This document shows, piece after piece, positions 48,592-57,286 of a stretch of 64,000 bases of DNA (position 1 is its first letter; each line of letters begins with the position of its first letter). Location of the stretch: positions 544,001 to 608,000 of the forward strand of contig OZ242351.1 in NCBI GenBank assembly GCA_965208675.1, read 5' to 3'. This DNA comes from Candidatus Poribacteria bacterium (GTDB taxonomy: Bacteria > Poribacteria > WGA-4E > PCPOR2b). The translations under genes were made by a program, and so were the position numbers. Below the pieces are notes generated by a model that had not been told where the DNA came from, did not search any database, and saw only the letters and a program-made list of their open reading frames with translations.

Positions 48592-50310
48592 ATGCCCCGA
48601 TTGTTATTCACAATATTCTGGGTTAGCCTGTTCGTGGTCGGGATATCGTTTCTTTACGCTGAGGAGCCGGAAAAAAACCAAGACGTGGATGTGGACGCGA
48701 CGGAAGATCAATTGGAAGCAGATTTGCCAGAGGTCATTCGTGCGAAAATGATTGACACGACACGCATCCTACTTGAGCCGCGCAGTCGCTTTAGCGACCC
48801 TTTAAAGCCGAAATTAATTAGCGCTAAGGGAATATACGCGAAGGAACGCCTATGGAATTTATCTCCGACTTCGATACCGCAAAAAGCAGTTGCTCCGCAG
48901 GCCGCACAACCAAAAACCCACGTAGTAAATTTCACGGCGTATCCAAGTTTACCTGATTCGCTCTATTACCATGCACTTTTTGGAGCACACAACAACCGAT
49001 CGCGGGGATTCCTTTACCTAGATGGTAAACAGCTTGGTGACAAGCGTACAAAGCAAAAGGGGGACTATAACTTCAATAGTGTTCGAGGCGAGTTGAGTTA
49101 TCAGCATCAAGATTGGCGCGAAATTTCTCTTGATGTTGGTCTCGACCTCAAAGGCCTGAATTGGCTACCAGCACCTAACTCTCAAGAACAAGAAAAATTG
49201 CGGAAGGATTTTAGATTACTTAGATCCGCGATAAACTGGAAACAACAGATTGCAGCATCGGCATGGACGACGCTTACGCTTGGCGCAGAATCAATGAGTC
49301 TGACGCATGACGCATCAGATCAACAGGGTGAGGGCACCGATCTTCGTTTCAATTTCGACGCAACGGTTCTGCTGCCTTTTCAGAATCCGTTTCATGCAGG
49401 TGACACGGTAGATGTGAATCCAATTCACGTTGGAAGCGGCATTGAATACTATTCCATAAATGACAGCGGGAAACCCGATTACTGGGCGGCAATCATACGT
49501 TTATATGTGCGGGATGAGTTTACGCTTTTTGGACCGTTAGCGTTAAGCATGGGAGCGGAGGGGGTCAATTTTCGTGAACGGAATGAAAGTGGTGAAGATC
49601 TGACGAGATTACAATTTAATCCGAACCTTGCAGTTACGACCAAACTAGGTAGACGGTGGATTTTTCGTATGCATGGTATGCGGACGACACACCAACCCAA
49701 ATTGTCGTCACTTTATTTCGAAACGGATTATATCAGCTTTAATCCTTTCCTCGGGCCGGAAGAGACTTGGGACGGACGAGTGCTGTTGAAATACCATCAA
49801 GGCAGAATGTTAGAAATCAATCTTACAGGTTTTGCAAAGCACATTGATGATTTAGTTGTTTTTGAAAAAGAAACTGATAACCCGAACGCGCTAACGTGGA
49901 TGCCGACGAACATTGACGCACGAATTTATGGCGGACAACTCGATTTCTCAGCGCAAGTCACCAATCAGCTCGAGCTACAGTTGCAATACATCCATGAATT
50001 TCACCGCCCAAAGCAAGCAGAAAACATAAATTACAGACCCGAAGATTTAGTGAATTTAGGGGTTGATTTTTATTTTTCAGGCGATTTTCGATTTGAACTA
50101 GATGGAGTATTTAGTGGTCCTCGTTATGCAAAAACAGATGAAACTTTGGAACGCTATTTCCGGTTCAAGCCAAGGCTGAGCAAAACCATAGGGACATACA
50201 TAGATGCGTTCATCGGCTGCACATTCGCCATTGGTGAGTATGCCGTGCTTCATCAAGACCTTACATTTTCACAGAACAACTTTGATTTTGGCGTAGAATT
50301 AAGATTCTAA
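48592..50310 (+). CDS. Outer-membrane beta-barrel protein (TonB-dependent-receptor-like barrel, no recognisable plug)
   Basis: Signal peptide; amphipathic beta-strands; NPFL.PE motif typical of TBDR barrels; C-terminal FGVELRF beta-signal. Confidence 0.75.
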   Translation: MPRLLFTIFWVSLFVVGISFLYAEEPEKNQDVDVDATEDQLEADLPEVIRAKMIDTTRILLEPRSRFSDPLKPKLISAKGIYAKERLWNLSPTSIPQKAVAPQAAQPKTHVVNFTAYPSLPDSLYYHALFGAHNNRSRGFLYLDGKQLGDKRTKQKGDYNFNSVRGELSYQHQDWREISLDVGLDLKGLNWLPAPNSQEQEKLRKDFRLLRSAINWKQQIAASAWTTLTLGAESMSLTHDASDQQGEGTDLRFNFDATVLLPFQNPFHAGDTVDVNPIHVGSGIEYYSINDSGKPDYWAAIIRLYVRDEFTLFGPLALSMGAEGVNFRERNESGEDLTRLQFNPNLAVTTKLGRRWIFRMHGMRTTHQPKLSSLYFETDYISFNPFLGPEETWDGRVLLKYHQGRMLEINLTGFAKHIDDLVVFEKETDNPNALTWMPTNIDARIYGGQLDFSAQVTNQLELQLQYIHEFHRPKQAENINYRPEDLVNLGVDFYFSGDFRFELDGVFSGPRYAKTDETLERYFRFKPRLSKTIGTYIDAFIGCTFAIGEYAVLHQDLTFSQNNFDFGVELRF

Positions 50311-50616
50311 CGAGTAATGTGATTATTGCCGCGAGAGCCTCCACGGTTTATTTGAAAACAGATGGAATTGGGCCGATAAGGTAGATTATAATTCGGGCGT
50401 TATTCCGCAATATGATTTGCTCATGATAAAGTGGGGTGCAGATTAATTGATTTATCATAAAAGCGGAACTTTAACAGCTGTGAAGGGATGTAAGATGGCA
50501 GAAATTTTTGTATGAAACGGAAGACGTGACTGTTCACGCAGTTGGGTTTTTGGTTTTCACAGAAATTACGTGAACCGTCGCCGCGCCGTATTTCATTTAA
50601 TCGCTTCAATTTGTCT

Positions 50617-51300
50617 ATGGGTCAGCTTGTTCATATTATTCTTTCGGGGTTAGGGCAATTAAGCGAAGGGGGCCTAATTTTAATTCCACTAGTTGCCTTT
50701 TCGCTTTGTTCGCACACAATTATTTTGGAGCGCGCGTATCACCTTCGTCGCAGACGGATAATTCCTTCACACTTTGTAACGCGCAGCATTTACAACGAGT
50801 TAGTCCAAGGCAATCCAAAAATAGCCGTTAAGATGTGTGAGAAAAAACCGGGGCCCTTGACAAACATTCTTCGAGCAGGTATTGAACATCGGGATTCAGG
50901 GGAAGATACAATTAAACGGGCAATTCGAATCGCAATAAATACGGAAAAGCGTATTTTAACAAGATACCTTAACTTTTTGGGTCTGCTGGCTTCGGTGTCT
51001 CTTTATACTGGTTTACTTGGCACGGTCGTCGGCATGATACACTCGTTCGGCGCATTATACGTTGGGAAACCAACTGATATTGCTGTTGGTATTTCACAAG
51101 CTCTACTAACCACCGCAGCAGGGCTGATTGTCGCATTGCCCGCTTATGTGGCGAATGATTATTTTCGAAGCAAGTCCCAAAACTTCGTGATAGCGCTCGA
51201 AAGGCACGGGATGTCGCTGGTTCGATTTCTTACTACCGAGGAACACAAAATATTCCAGGGCGAGTTTGAAGACATTCGAGTAATCAAGGAGAATGGTTGA
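50617..51300 (+). CDS. MotA/TolQ/ExbB proton channel family protein
   Basis: GLLGTVVGMI.SF, GISQALLTTAAGL.VA.PA. Confidence 0.93.
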   Translation: MGQLVHIILSGLGQLSEGGLILIPLVAFSLCSHTIILERAYHLRRRRIIPSHFVTRSIYNELVQGNPKIAVKMCEKKPGPLTNILRAGIEHRDSGEDTIKRAIRIAINTEKRILTRYLNFLGLLASVSLYTGLLGTVVGMIHSFGALYVGKPTDIAVGISQALLTTAAGLIVALPAYVANDYFRSKSQNFVIALERHGMSLVRFLTTEEHKIFQGEFEDIRVIKENG

Positions 51301-52199
51301 TGACCAAGAGGCGAAGCGAAGTTCGGATGGCAGTATTTTTGGCGATTGCCATTGTTGAGCATGTGATATTTATTCTTGTTTTGGCGACAGTAGTTTATAC
51401 TGAACCAGTGCCAAAACCTGATCGCCCAATAACAGTGGACATTGTGCCCAATGTGCTACCGCAGGAAAAGCGAATTTTGGATGATAAACCCGTTGCATCC
51501 ATGCCCGTGCAACCTCTGGTGCAAGATGATTTACCCCCGCTTCGCTTTACACATAACCGCCAAGAGTATCTAATTCCTTCGGACCTCAATGATAGGTTGC
51601 CGGAAACGCACCAAAAACGGTTAGCCAATCCGAAATCCGATCGATTTTCTTTGGAGATTGCACGCCCTCAAGGCAACAAGCGAGATTTAGTTGATAATTC
51701 TCCAAACACTATTGTTCGAGCGAAGCCGCTTGTTAAAACGCCCGGATTTCATGGACCGGAACCCCGAAAACTACCAAAAGCAGATGGGGGGAAATTCACA
51801 CGAGGAGCAAGAGAACAAAATTCCATAGGGAGACTCCCAGCAAAGAGTTCGATAGACACCCGAATCAGTCGGATCGAGGGCAGCGGAGGAGACGGAAATA
51901 TCCGTATCTCTGGCGAAGTAGGCGGGAGAAAGTATCGACTGCCGTCCGCTATTCAAACAGAAGGCAAACAAGGTGGAAGTATTCAACTCAGTTTCAAGGT
52001 GAAGCCCGATGGAACTGTTGATAACAACAGCGTACGAATCGAATTCGGTCCGAAAACGACAGTCGGAGAAGTCCGCTTAAAAAGAAAAGCAATACGATAT
52101 CTCGTAGGAATTCGATTTGCAGCCCTTCCCAAAAACGTAGCGCAAGTTAATCAATCTGGTGAGATATTCATCGAATTTTCAACACAATCAAGCCAATAG
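51300..52199 (+). CDS. TonB/TolA-like energy transducer
   Basis: N-terminal TM with His (AIVEHV), Pro-rich linker, C-terminal TonB_C-like domain (G.I.L.FKVKPDG.V...A......F..LP....Q..Q.G.I.I.F); start overlaps the exbB stop (TGATG). Confidence 0.75.
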   Translation: MTKRRSEVRMAVFLAIAIVEHVIFILVLATVVYTEPVPKPDRPITVDIVPNVLPQEKRILDDKPVASMPVQPLVQDDLPPLRFTHNRQEYLIPSDLNDRLPETHQKRLANPKSDRFSLEIARPQGNKRDLVDNSPNTIVRAKPLVKTPGFHGPEPRKLPKADGGKFTRGAREQNSIGRLPAKSSIDTRISRIEGSGGDGNIRISGEVGGRKYRLPSAIQTEGKQGGSIQLSFKVKPDGTVDNNSVRIEFGPKTTVGEVRLKRKAIRYLVGIRFAALPKNVAQVNQSGEIFIEFSTQSSQ

Positions 52200-52676
52200 G
52201 ATTCTCGGTAAGTCATGTCATTCCCAGAGTTGGCGGGAGATTGACAGCGCTTTATTACGAAAATTTTGAATCGTTGCGCGTGCTGACGGGCTTTTTGACA
52301 ATTTGTGTACGTTTTGAATGGCACATTAATGTTACAATCTACATTCCGATGCACGGTTCAAACCATCTTAATCGAATTTGTTAATCAATCGGGGTAATTT
52401 CGCATTATAAACCTACGAAGAATGGGAGATTGTCCTATACAATCCTGACCCATTGGATTGTCATTTACAAGTTGAAAAACCATGCCGCAATTTTTTCAAT
52501 GAAATACCCTGCCTCAACACTTTTTTAAATGATGAAGATCGAGCAAGAGTTTAGCGAGTGCGAATATTTTTCGTCTTTGGAACGCCTTCGCCTTCGTTAT
52601 TCACTCTGTTGATTGCAAAGCGTCTAGAGTCTTAATTCCTCAATTTGTCAACTTTACAATAAAAAGGAGAAACAAA

Positions 52677-54059
52677 ATGAATCGCTTGAAATCCCTTTGC
52701 CCATACCTTGCACTCGCTAGCTTGGCTGCAATCGTTGTTGGGTGCGCCGGCGGAATGAGCGGTATTGTACCCCTGAGTGCGAAAATACAAAACGCCGACC
52801 GCAAACTTGCGGAGGCGGAGCAAGTTCAAATTAAAGGTGACACCAAAGAAGAAAAAGCAATAATTGAAGCAGAAAAGAACGAGCTCTACGATGATGCGCT
52901 TCGGCGATACTTGGAAATTATCGAGGCAGCGCCTCAAGGAAAATATGCACAGCGAGCGCATTTCCAAGTGGCTGAAATTTACAAAAAACGTTATGATTGG
53001 GATAGTTCAGTACAGCATTTTCAAGCAATCGTAGATCTGTCCCCAACGGGTTATTATGCTAGCCGGGCGAAGAGTGGGATTGCTGACATTCGCAAGAACC
53101 GTCGAATCATTCAAGAAAAACGGCGAATCTATCAAAACCGCCGCCTTCTCGAAGACGACGAAAGCCAGACTTTAGCTGCGAAAGCACTGTATGATGTCGC
53201 GAAGGCTTATGAAACGATTGGCAACTATCCGGAGGCGGTCGACAATTATGAGAAACTAATCGCTGAATTCCCAGGATATAAGTTGACGCCGCAAGTGCAG
53301 TTCCAAATTGGCAACATCTATTTTTATAGGCTGCACGATTATTCAAACTCTGGAGGTTGGGGCGCATTTGTGAACGTTATCGAAGCCTATCCCGAGTCAT
53401 TCGAGGCGCGTGAAGCAGAGACTCTTTTGAAGAAGTCTAGCCGAACCCTTACCCAGATAGCCCAAGAAATGGAGCTCATCGAATCCTATAAAAATAAGAA
53501 GGCGTTTGACTATCGTGACACAGGCCGATATGTACCATCTACTGAATTATGGAAGATGGGTTACTCCGACCATGCTGTCCAGGCGTATCAGGAAGTCGCC
53601 CGCGGCTGGGAAAAAATGAGGAACTATACATTTGCAATCGCCGCTTACGACAAACTGGTAGAGTATATATCTCACAGAAAGTTTGCGGTCGCTGATGCAT
53701 TATTTCAAACGGGGGTTTTGTACCAGAAAAACGGAGAACTCGAACGGGCAATTGATGCATACCACCGGTTATTTGAAAAAGCACCGGAATCAACCTGGCG
53801 TGCTGAAGCGGTATATAACCAAGCCGTCTGTTTTCAGTCCATCCGTGAGTTCAACGAAGCGTATAGGGGGTTCAAGGCTTACATGAGCCTCGGCGATGAT
53901 GGTAAGTATTACCGTGAAGCGGAACAGCGAGTTCGTCAGTTTGAACTTGATCAGGATGGCGATGGATATAAGTTTTACAAAGAGCAGGAAGCTGGAACAT
54001 CCGATCAAAACGCGGACGATTTTCCTGGGGCACAGCAGCCCGCGGCGAGCGGCATGTAA
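52677..54059 (+). CDS. TPR lipoprotein with a C-terminal TSP3-like Ca-binding motif
   Basis: Lipobox IVVGC; TPR repeats; DQDGDGY....E..AGT......D.PG tail; AGGAG RBS. Confidence 0.85.
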   Translation: MNRLKSLCPYLALASLAAIVVGCAGGMSGIVPLSAKIQNADRKLAEAEQVQIKGDTKEEKAIIEAEKNELYDDALRRYLEIIEAAPQGKYAQRAHFQVAEIYKKRYDWDSSVQHFQAIVDLSPTGYYASRAKSGIADIRKNRRIIQEKRRIYQNRRLLEDDESQTLAAKALYDVAKAYETIGNYPEAVDNYEKLIAEFPGYKLTPQVQFQIGNIYFYRLHDYSNSGGWGAFVNVIEAYPESFEAREAETLLKKSSRTLTQIAQEMELIESYKNKKAFDYRDTGRYVPSTELWKMGYSDHAVQAYQEVARGWEKMRNYTFAIAAYDKLVEYISHRKFAVADALFQTGVLYQKNGELERAIDAYHRLFEKAPESTWRAEAVYNQAVCFQSIREFNEAYRGFKAYMSLGDDGKYYREAEQRVRQFELDQDGDGYKFYKEQEAGTSDQNADDFPGAQQPAASGM

Positions 54060-54163
54060 CGCACATATTTACATTCTCACCTCGAACAACATGGTAGAGC
54101 GGGACGGTTCGACGCCGCTTAATCTAACGCCTTCCTTAGAATTGCAGCATCAATGAAAGCATT

Positions 54164-54985
54164 TCAGATTAATAAATGCACCCGTGACCGATTCGCGGGT
54201 TGCAATTCCGCATTGATCAGCTTTCGGACGTGTTCTGAGGTATAACGCCTCGAAAAATGTGTCAAGATAATGTGTTCACTTTCAATTGACTGTAACAATT
54301 TAGGCAAGGAGTCGAGATGAAAGTGCATTGTTTTCTTTGCATGTTCTCGATGTTCTGGCATCAGAAAGGTACATTCACAGATTAAAACTGGACACCGGCG
54401 AAGCAGGGGGTGGGAGGCATGTGGAATGCTTTGTGTATCCCCCAAGTAAGCGACTAGAGGTAATTCAATCCTATTCGAAACCTCTATGCCTGCTCTGCGC
54501 AACCGAGCAATCTCAATTCCCGGTAAACTTATAAATTCTGGCTTCAGCTTCTGTCGTGTTTCACAAATCAGGTACCCTACGGCTGGAACGCCGTGATCTG
54601 CCGGCAAGACATGAGCCACTAGGTTTCGGCGAAAAGGAATTATATCACCAACCTGCACCGCGGTAAGATGATAATCCCATTCCATTCCACAATCTAACAC
54701 AGCAATCTCATCTAAAATTCGCCTAAGCTGATCAATTCCCTCCGTCGGGACACAAATCTTGCCGGGCGGAATGCCGGCTAACCACCGTTGGCTGACGTAT
54801 ATGGGCAGACCGAAATAGTGGTCAAGATGAAAATGTGAAATAAATACATGACCGGTACCGATAAAATTCATCGGGCAGCGTCCCAGGTCAAAGATTAAAT
54901 CTAGCTCTCGTATTCGGAGATAAGTTGCGATAGCCGAACTTGATTCGCCTTCAATCGTAATATTCCCGCACCGCAATAATGCCAT
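54164..54985 (-). CDS. MBL-fold hydrolase, short RNase Z-like
   Basis: FDLG.CP, SHFHLDH, H.VPAVGY, KLKPEF..LPG.EI..L exosite, YLGDT, ECTF, HFSRRY. Confidence 0.85.
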   Translation of the reverse strand: MALLRCGNITIEGESSSAIATYLRIRELDLIFDLGRCPMNFIGTGHVFISHFHLDHYFGLPIYVSQRWLAGIPPGKICVPTEGIDQLRRILDEIAVLDCGMEWDYHLTAVQVGDIIPFRRNLVAHVLPADHGVPAVGYLICETRQKLKPEFISLPGIEIARLRRAGIEVSNRIELPLVAYLGDTQSIPHASHPLLRRCPVLICECTFLMPEHREHAKKTMHFHLDSLPKLLQSIESEHIILTHFSRRYTSEHVRKLINAELQPANRSRVHLLI

Positions 54986-55046
54986 CCGATGAAAATTTTC
55001 CTTGACTGTTTGTTATCCATTCAAACGGACAAAATTCTACGTAGCC

Positions 55047-56000
55047 TCAAGCTAAGGCACCGCCGCACGACGATCCAGAACCGGCCGTGCATCCGAAACA
55101 GTGTGACCCGGTCATAATTCTCCGGTGAGCGAATAGTGAAGGTTTAAAATCGCTAATATTTTGGGGGTAAACTCTCTCTACTGGAAGTTTTAGCGCTAAG
55201 TTAAAATCACAATCGTATAATCGCCCATCCCAGCCAATACTAATCTGCCGCCGACACATTAGTCCGTCTATGGTAGCCAAGTTGATGCTATCTCGCAGCA
55301 GTTGATTGTAAGCTTCAATCTTATTTTCCCGTGTCAAATCGCTGCGAAAGCGGCCTATTGGCATGTTAGCTATTGTCAGTAGGTTGGAAAATTCAATCCC
55401 ATATTCTGATTTCAAATGCTGTTTATAATCAAATTCTAGTTCAGATTGCTGCGGCGGAAGCGTCGGACCTACCGGGTTATAGACAAGATTCAAAGTTAGG
55501 TGCGATTCCACCCCGTAACCTAACTTATTGAGGAGTTGTAGCGCTTGGATACTGTCATCAAAAACACCAGTCCCCCGCTGCTGATCGACGTTTTCTTCTA
55601 TGTAACAAGGTAAAGACGCGCAAAGTTGCACCTCGTGCTCTCGAAAAAAGTCTGGCACCGTCTCAAAACCGGGCTGAAGCAAAATCGTGAGGTTCGTTCG
55701 CACCAATACGGGAAACCCTTTTCCCCGCAATTCCTTCACAAATCGGCGAAAGTGCGGGTGCATCTCTGGCGCCCCGCCAGTGATATCCACGAGTTTTGCG
55801 TGCGATTCCTCTGCAGCAGTTATCACGCATTTCATCGTCTCCCAATTCATCATCTCTTTCCGGCGTGGTGAAGACACTACGTGACAGTGCGCGCATTCCA
55901 GATTGCACTTGAGTCCAATATTCACCTGTATAGTCTCGACACACAAACTTGTCAGTCCGTCTCCATTGTAGCTCGAGATTGCCTTGTCAAACGTATTCAT
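55047..56000 (-). CDS. ArsS-like radical SAM/Cys-rich (DUF3641) protein
   Basis: QVNIG..CNLECAHCHV, DITGGAPE, SLPCY, LVYNP, LMCR, YDCDFN, HCFGCTAG.GSSCGG end. Confidence 0.9.
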   Translation of the reverse strand: MNTFDKAISSYNGDGLTSLCVETIQVNIGLKCNLECAHCHVVSSPRRKEMMNWETMKCVITAAEESHAKLVDITGGAPEMHPHFRRFVKELRGKGFPVLVRTNLTILLQPGFETVPDFFREHEVQLCASLPCYIEENVDQQRGTGVFDDSIQALQLLNKLGYGVESHLTLNLVYNPVGPTLPPQQSELEFDYKQHLKSEYGIEFSNLLTIANMPIGRFRSDLTRENKIEAYNQLLRDSINLATIDGLMCRRQISIGWDGRLYDCDFNLALKLPVERVYPQNISDFKPSLFAHRRIMTGSHCFGCTAGSGSSCGGALA

Positions 56001-56250
56001 CGTTTTTTCCTTCCCGATAATTTGAAATCCATTTGATAATACGTTAACGATTTGTTAGAATACTCTCCCCGCCACGGCAAGCATTTAAATTTTTTTTCAA
56101 GTGGCTGGCATTCTTGCCTGCAAAGAACATAAAGCAAACTTGGGAAATCAATCGAATCACATGATATACTTAATACCGTTTACATTCCTCATGATTAGTG
56201 CCATCGAATAATTCCAAACTGAATCAAGGCTTCATAAAATTGGAGGGCTC

Positions 56251-57114
56251 ATGAACGTTAAAATTGGAATAATTGGCGGTTCAGGATTTTATCAGATGGA
56301 GGGTTTAACAGGCATTGAAAAAATTGACGTGGATACACCATTTGGACAACCCAGCGATGTGTTGACCGTGGGCGAAATTGAAGGAAAACGCGTCGTTTTT
56401 CTGCCCCGTCACGGTGTGGGACATCGGCTTCTCCCATCCGAGATAAATGTACGCGCAAACATCTACGCTTTAAAGAGTTTAGGAGTGGAGTGGATTATCT
56501 CGGTGAGCGCAGTAGGTAGCCTCAAGGCTGAAATTGAGCCACGCCACTTTGTTATTCCTGACCAACTTTATGATCACACAAAAAATCGAGTTAACACCTT
56601 CTTTGGTGAAGGTATTTCCGCCCACGTCAGTCTTGCCCAACCATTTTGCGACATCTGCAGCGAAATCCTGTACCAGAGCGCAACAGAAATCAATGCAACT
56701 GTTCACATGGGCGGCACGTATATCTGCATGGAAGGGCCAGCCTTTTCGACACTGGCCGAATCGAATGTCTATAGACGTCTTGGATTCGACGTAATCGGTA
56801 TGACGGCGGCTCCTGAAGCCAAACTTGCCCGCGAAGCAGAAATTTGTTATGCACTTCTTGCTTGTTCAACTGACTACGACTGTTGGCACACAGAACACGA
56901 ATTCGTCACCGCAGATATGATCTTTGAGAATCTAGCCGCGAATGTAGAGGTTGCGAAGCGCGTTGTCAAAACCATAATCCCCAAGATTCCAAACAAACGC
57001 GAAGAGTGTACTTGCTCAAACGCTATTGAAAAATCGATTGCGACGAACCCATCAGTTATGCCGGAAGCAACCAAGCGGAAACTCCGCCTGCTGGTCGGCA
57101 AATATCTGAAGTGA
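56251..57114 (+). CDS. mtnP: S-methyl-5'-thioadenosine phosphorylase
   Basis: IGIIGGSG, RHG.GH, SAVGSL, EGPAFST.AES, GMT..PEAKLAREAE, TDYDCW. Confidence 0.95.
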   Translation: MNVKIGIIGGSGFYQMEGLTGIEKIDVDTPFGQPSDVLTVGEIEGKRVVFLPRHGVGHRLLPSEINVRANIYALKSLGVEWIISVSAVGSLKAEIEPRHFVIPDQLYDHTKNRVNTFFGEGISAHVSLAQPFCDICSEILYQSATEINATVHMGGTYICMEGPAFSTLAESNVYRRLGFDVIGMTAAPEAKLAREAEICYALLACSTDYDCWHTEHEFVTADMIFENLAANVEVAKRVVKTIIPKIPNKREECTCSNAIEKSIATNPSVMPEATKRKLRLLVGKYLK

Positions 57115-57286
57115 TATGCTTCCAATTTGCAAGATTAAATGTTACAAGGGAGCAACCAAACTACATGTACTTCAAACGGCAAATTTTTTCCCCTCTTGCC
57201 AACATATACCGCATTTTGAAATGGACAACTCTATTTCCAAGTCCCCGTCTAGAAATTCGTTCAAATGCGTGTTGCGCCTTCTATTC

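Noticed and set aside
54085-54163. tRNA-like text (TGGTAGAGC, GGTTCGA; the minus strand ends CCGCTCTACCA) next to the RNase Z-like gene
   Set aside because: No matching 5' acceptor strand, anticodon arm or proper T-arm can be folded on either strand. It fits a GTAG-REP-like hairpin better.
55047-55080. Selenocysteine in the ArsS-like C-terminus
   Set aside because: The GSSCGG position is encoded by a Cys codon, and the TGA comes after the natural end (GGALA).
56105-56123. Sigma-54 promoter between the rSAM gene and mtnP (TGGCATTCTTGCCTGC)
   Set aside because: GG-to-GC spacing is 11 nt rather than the required 10 on both strands.
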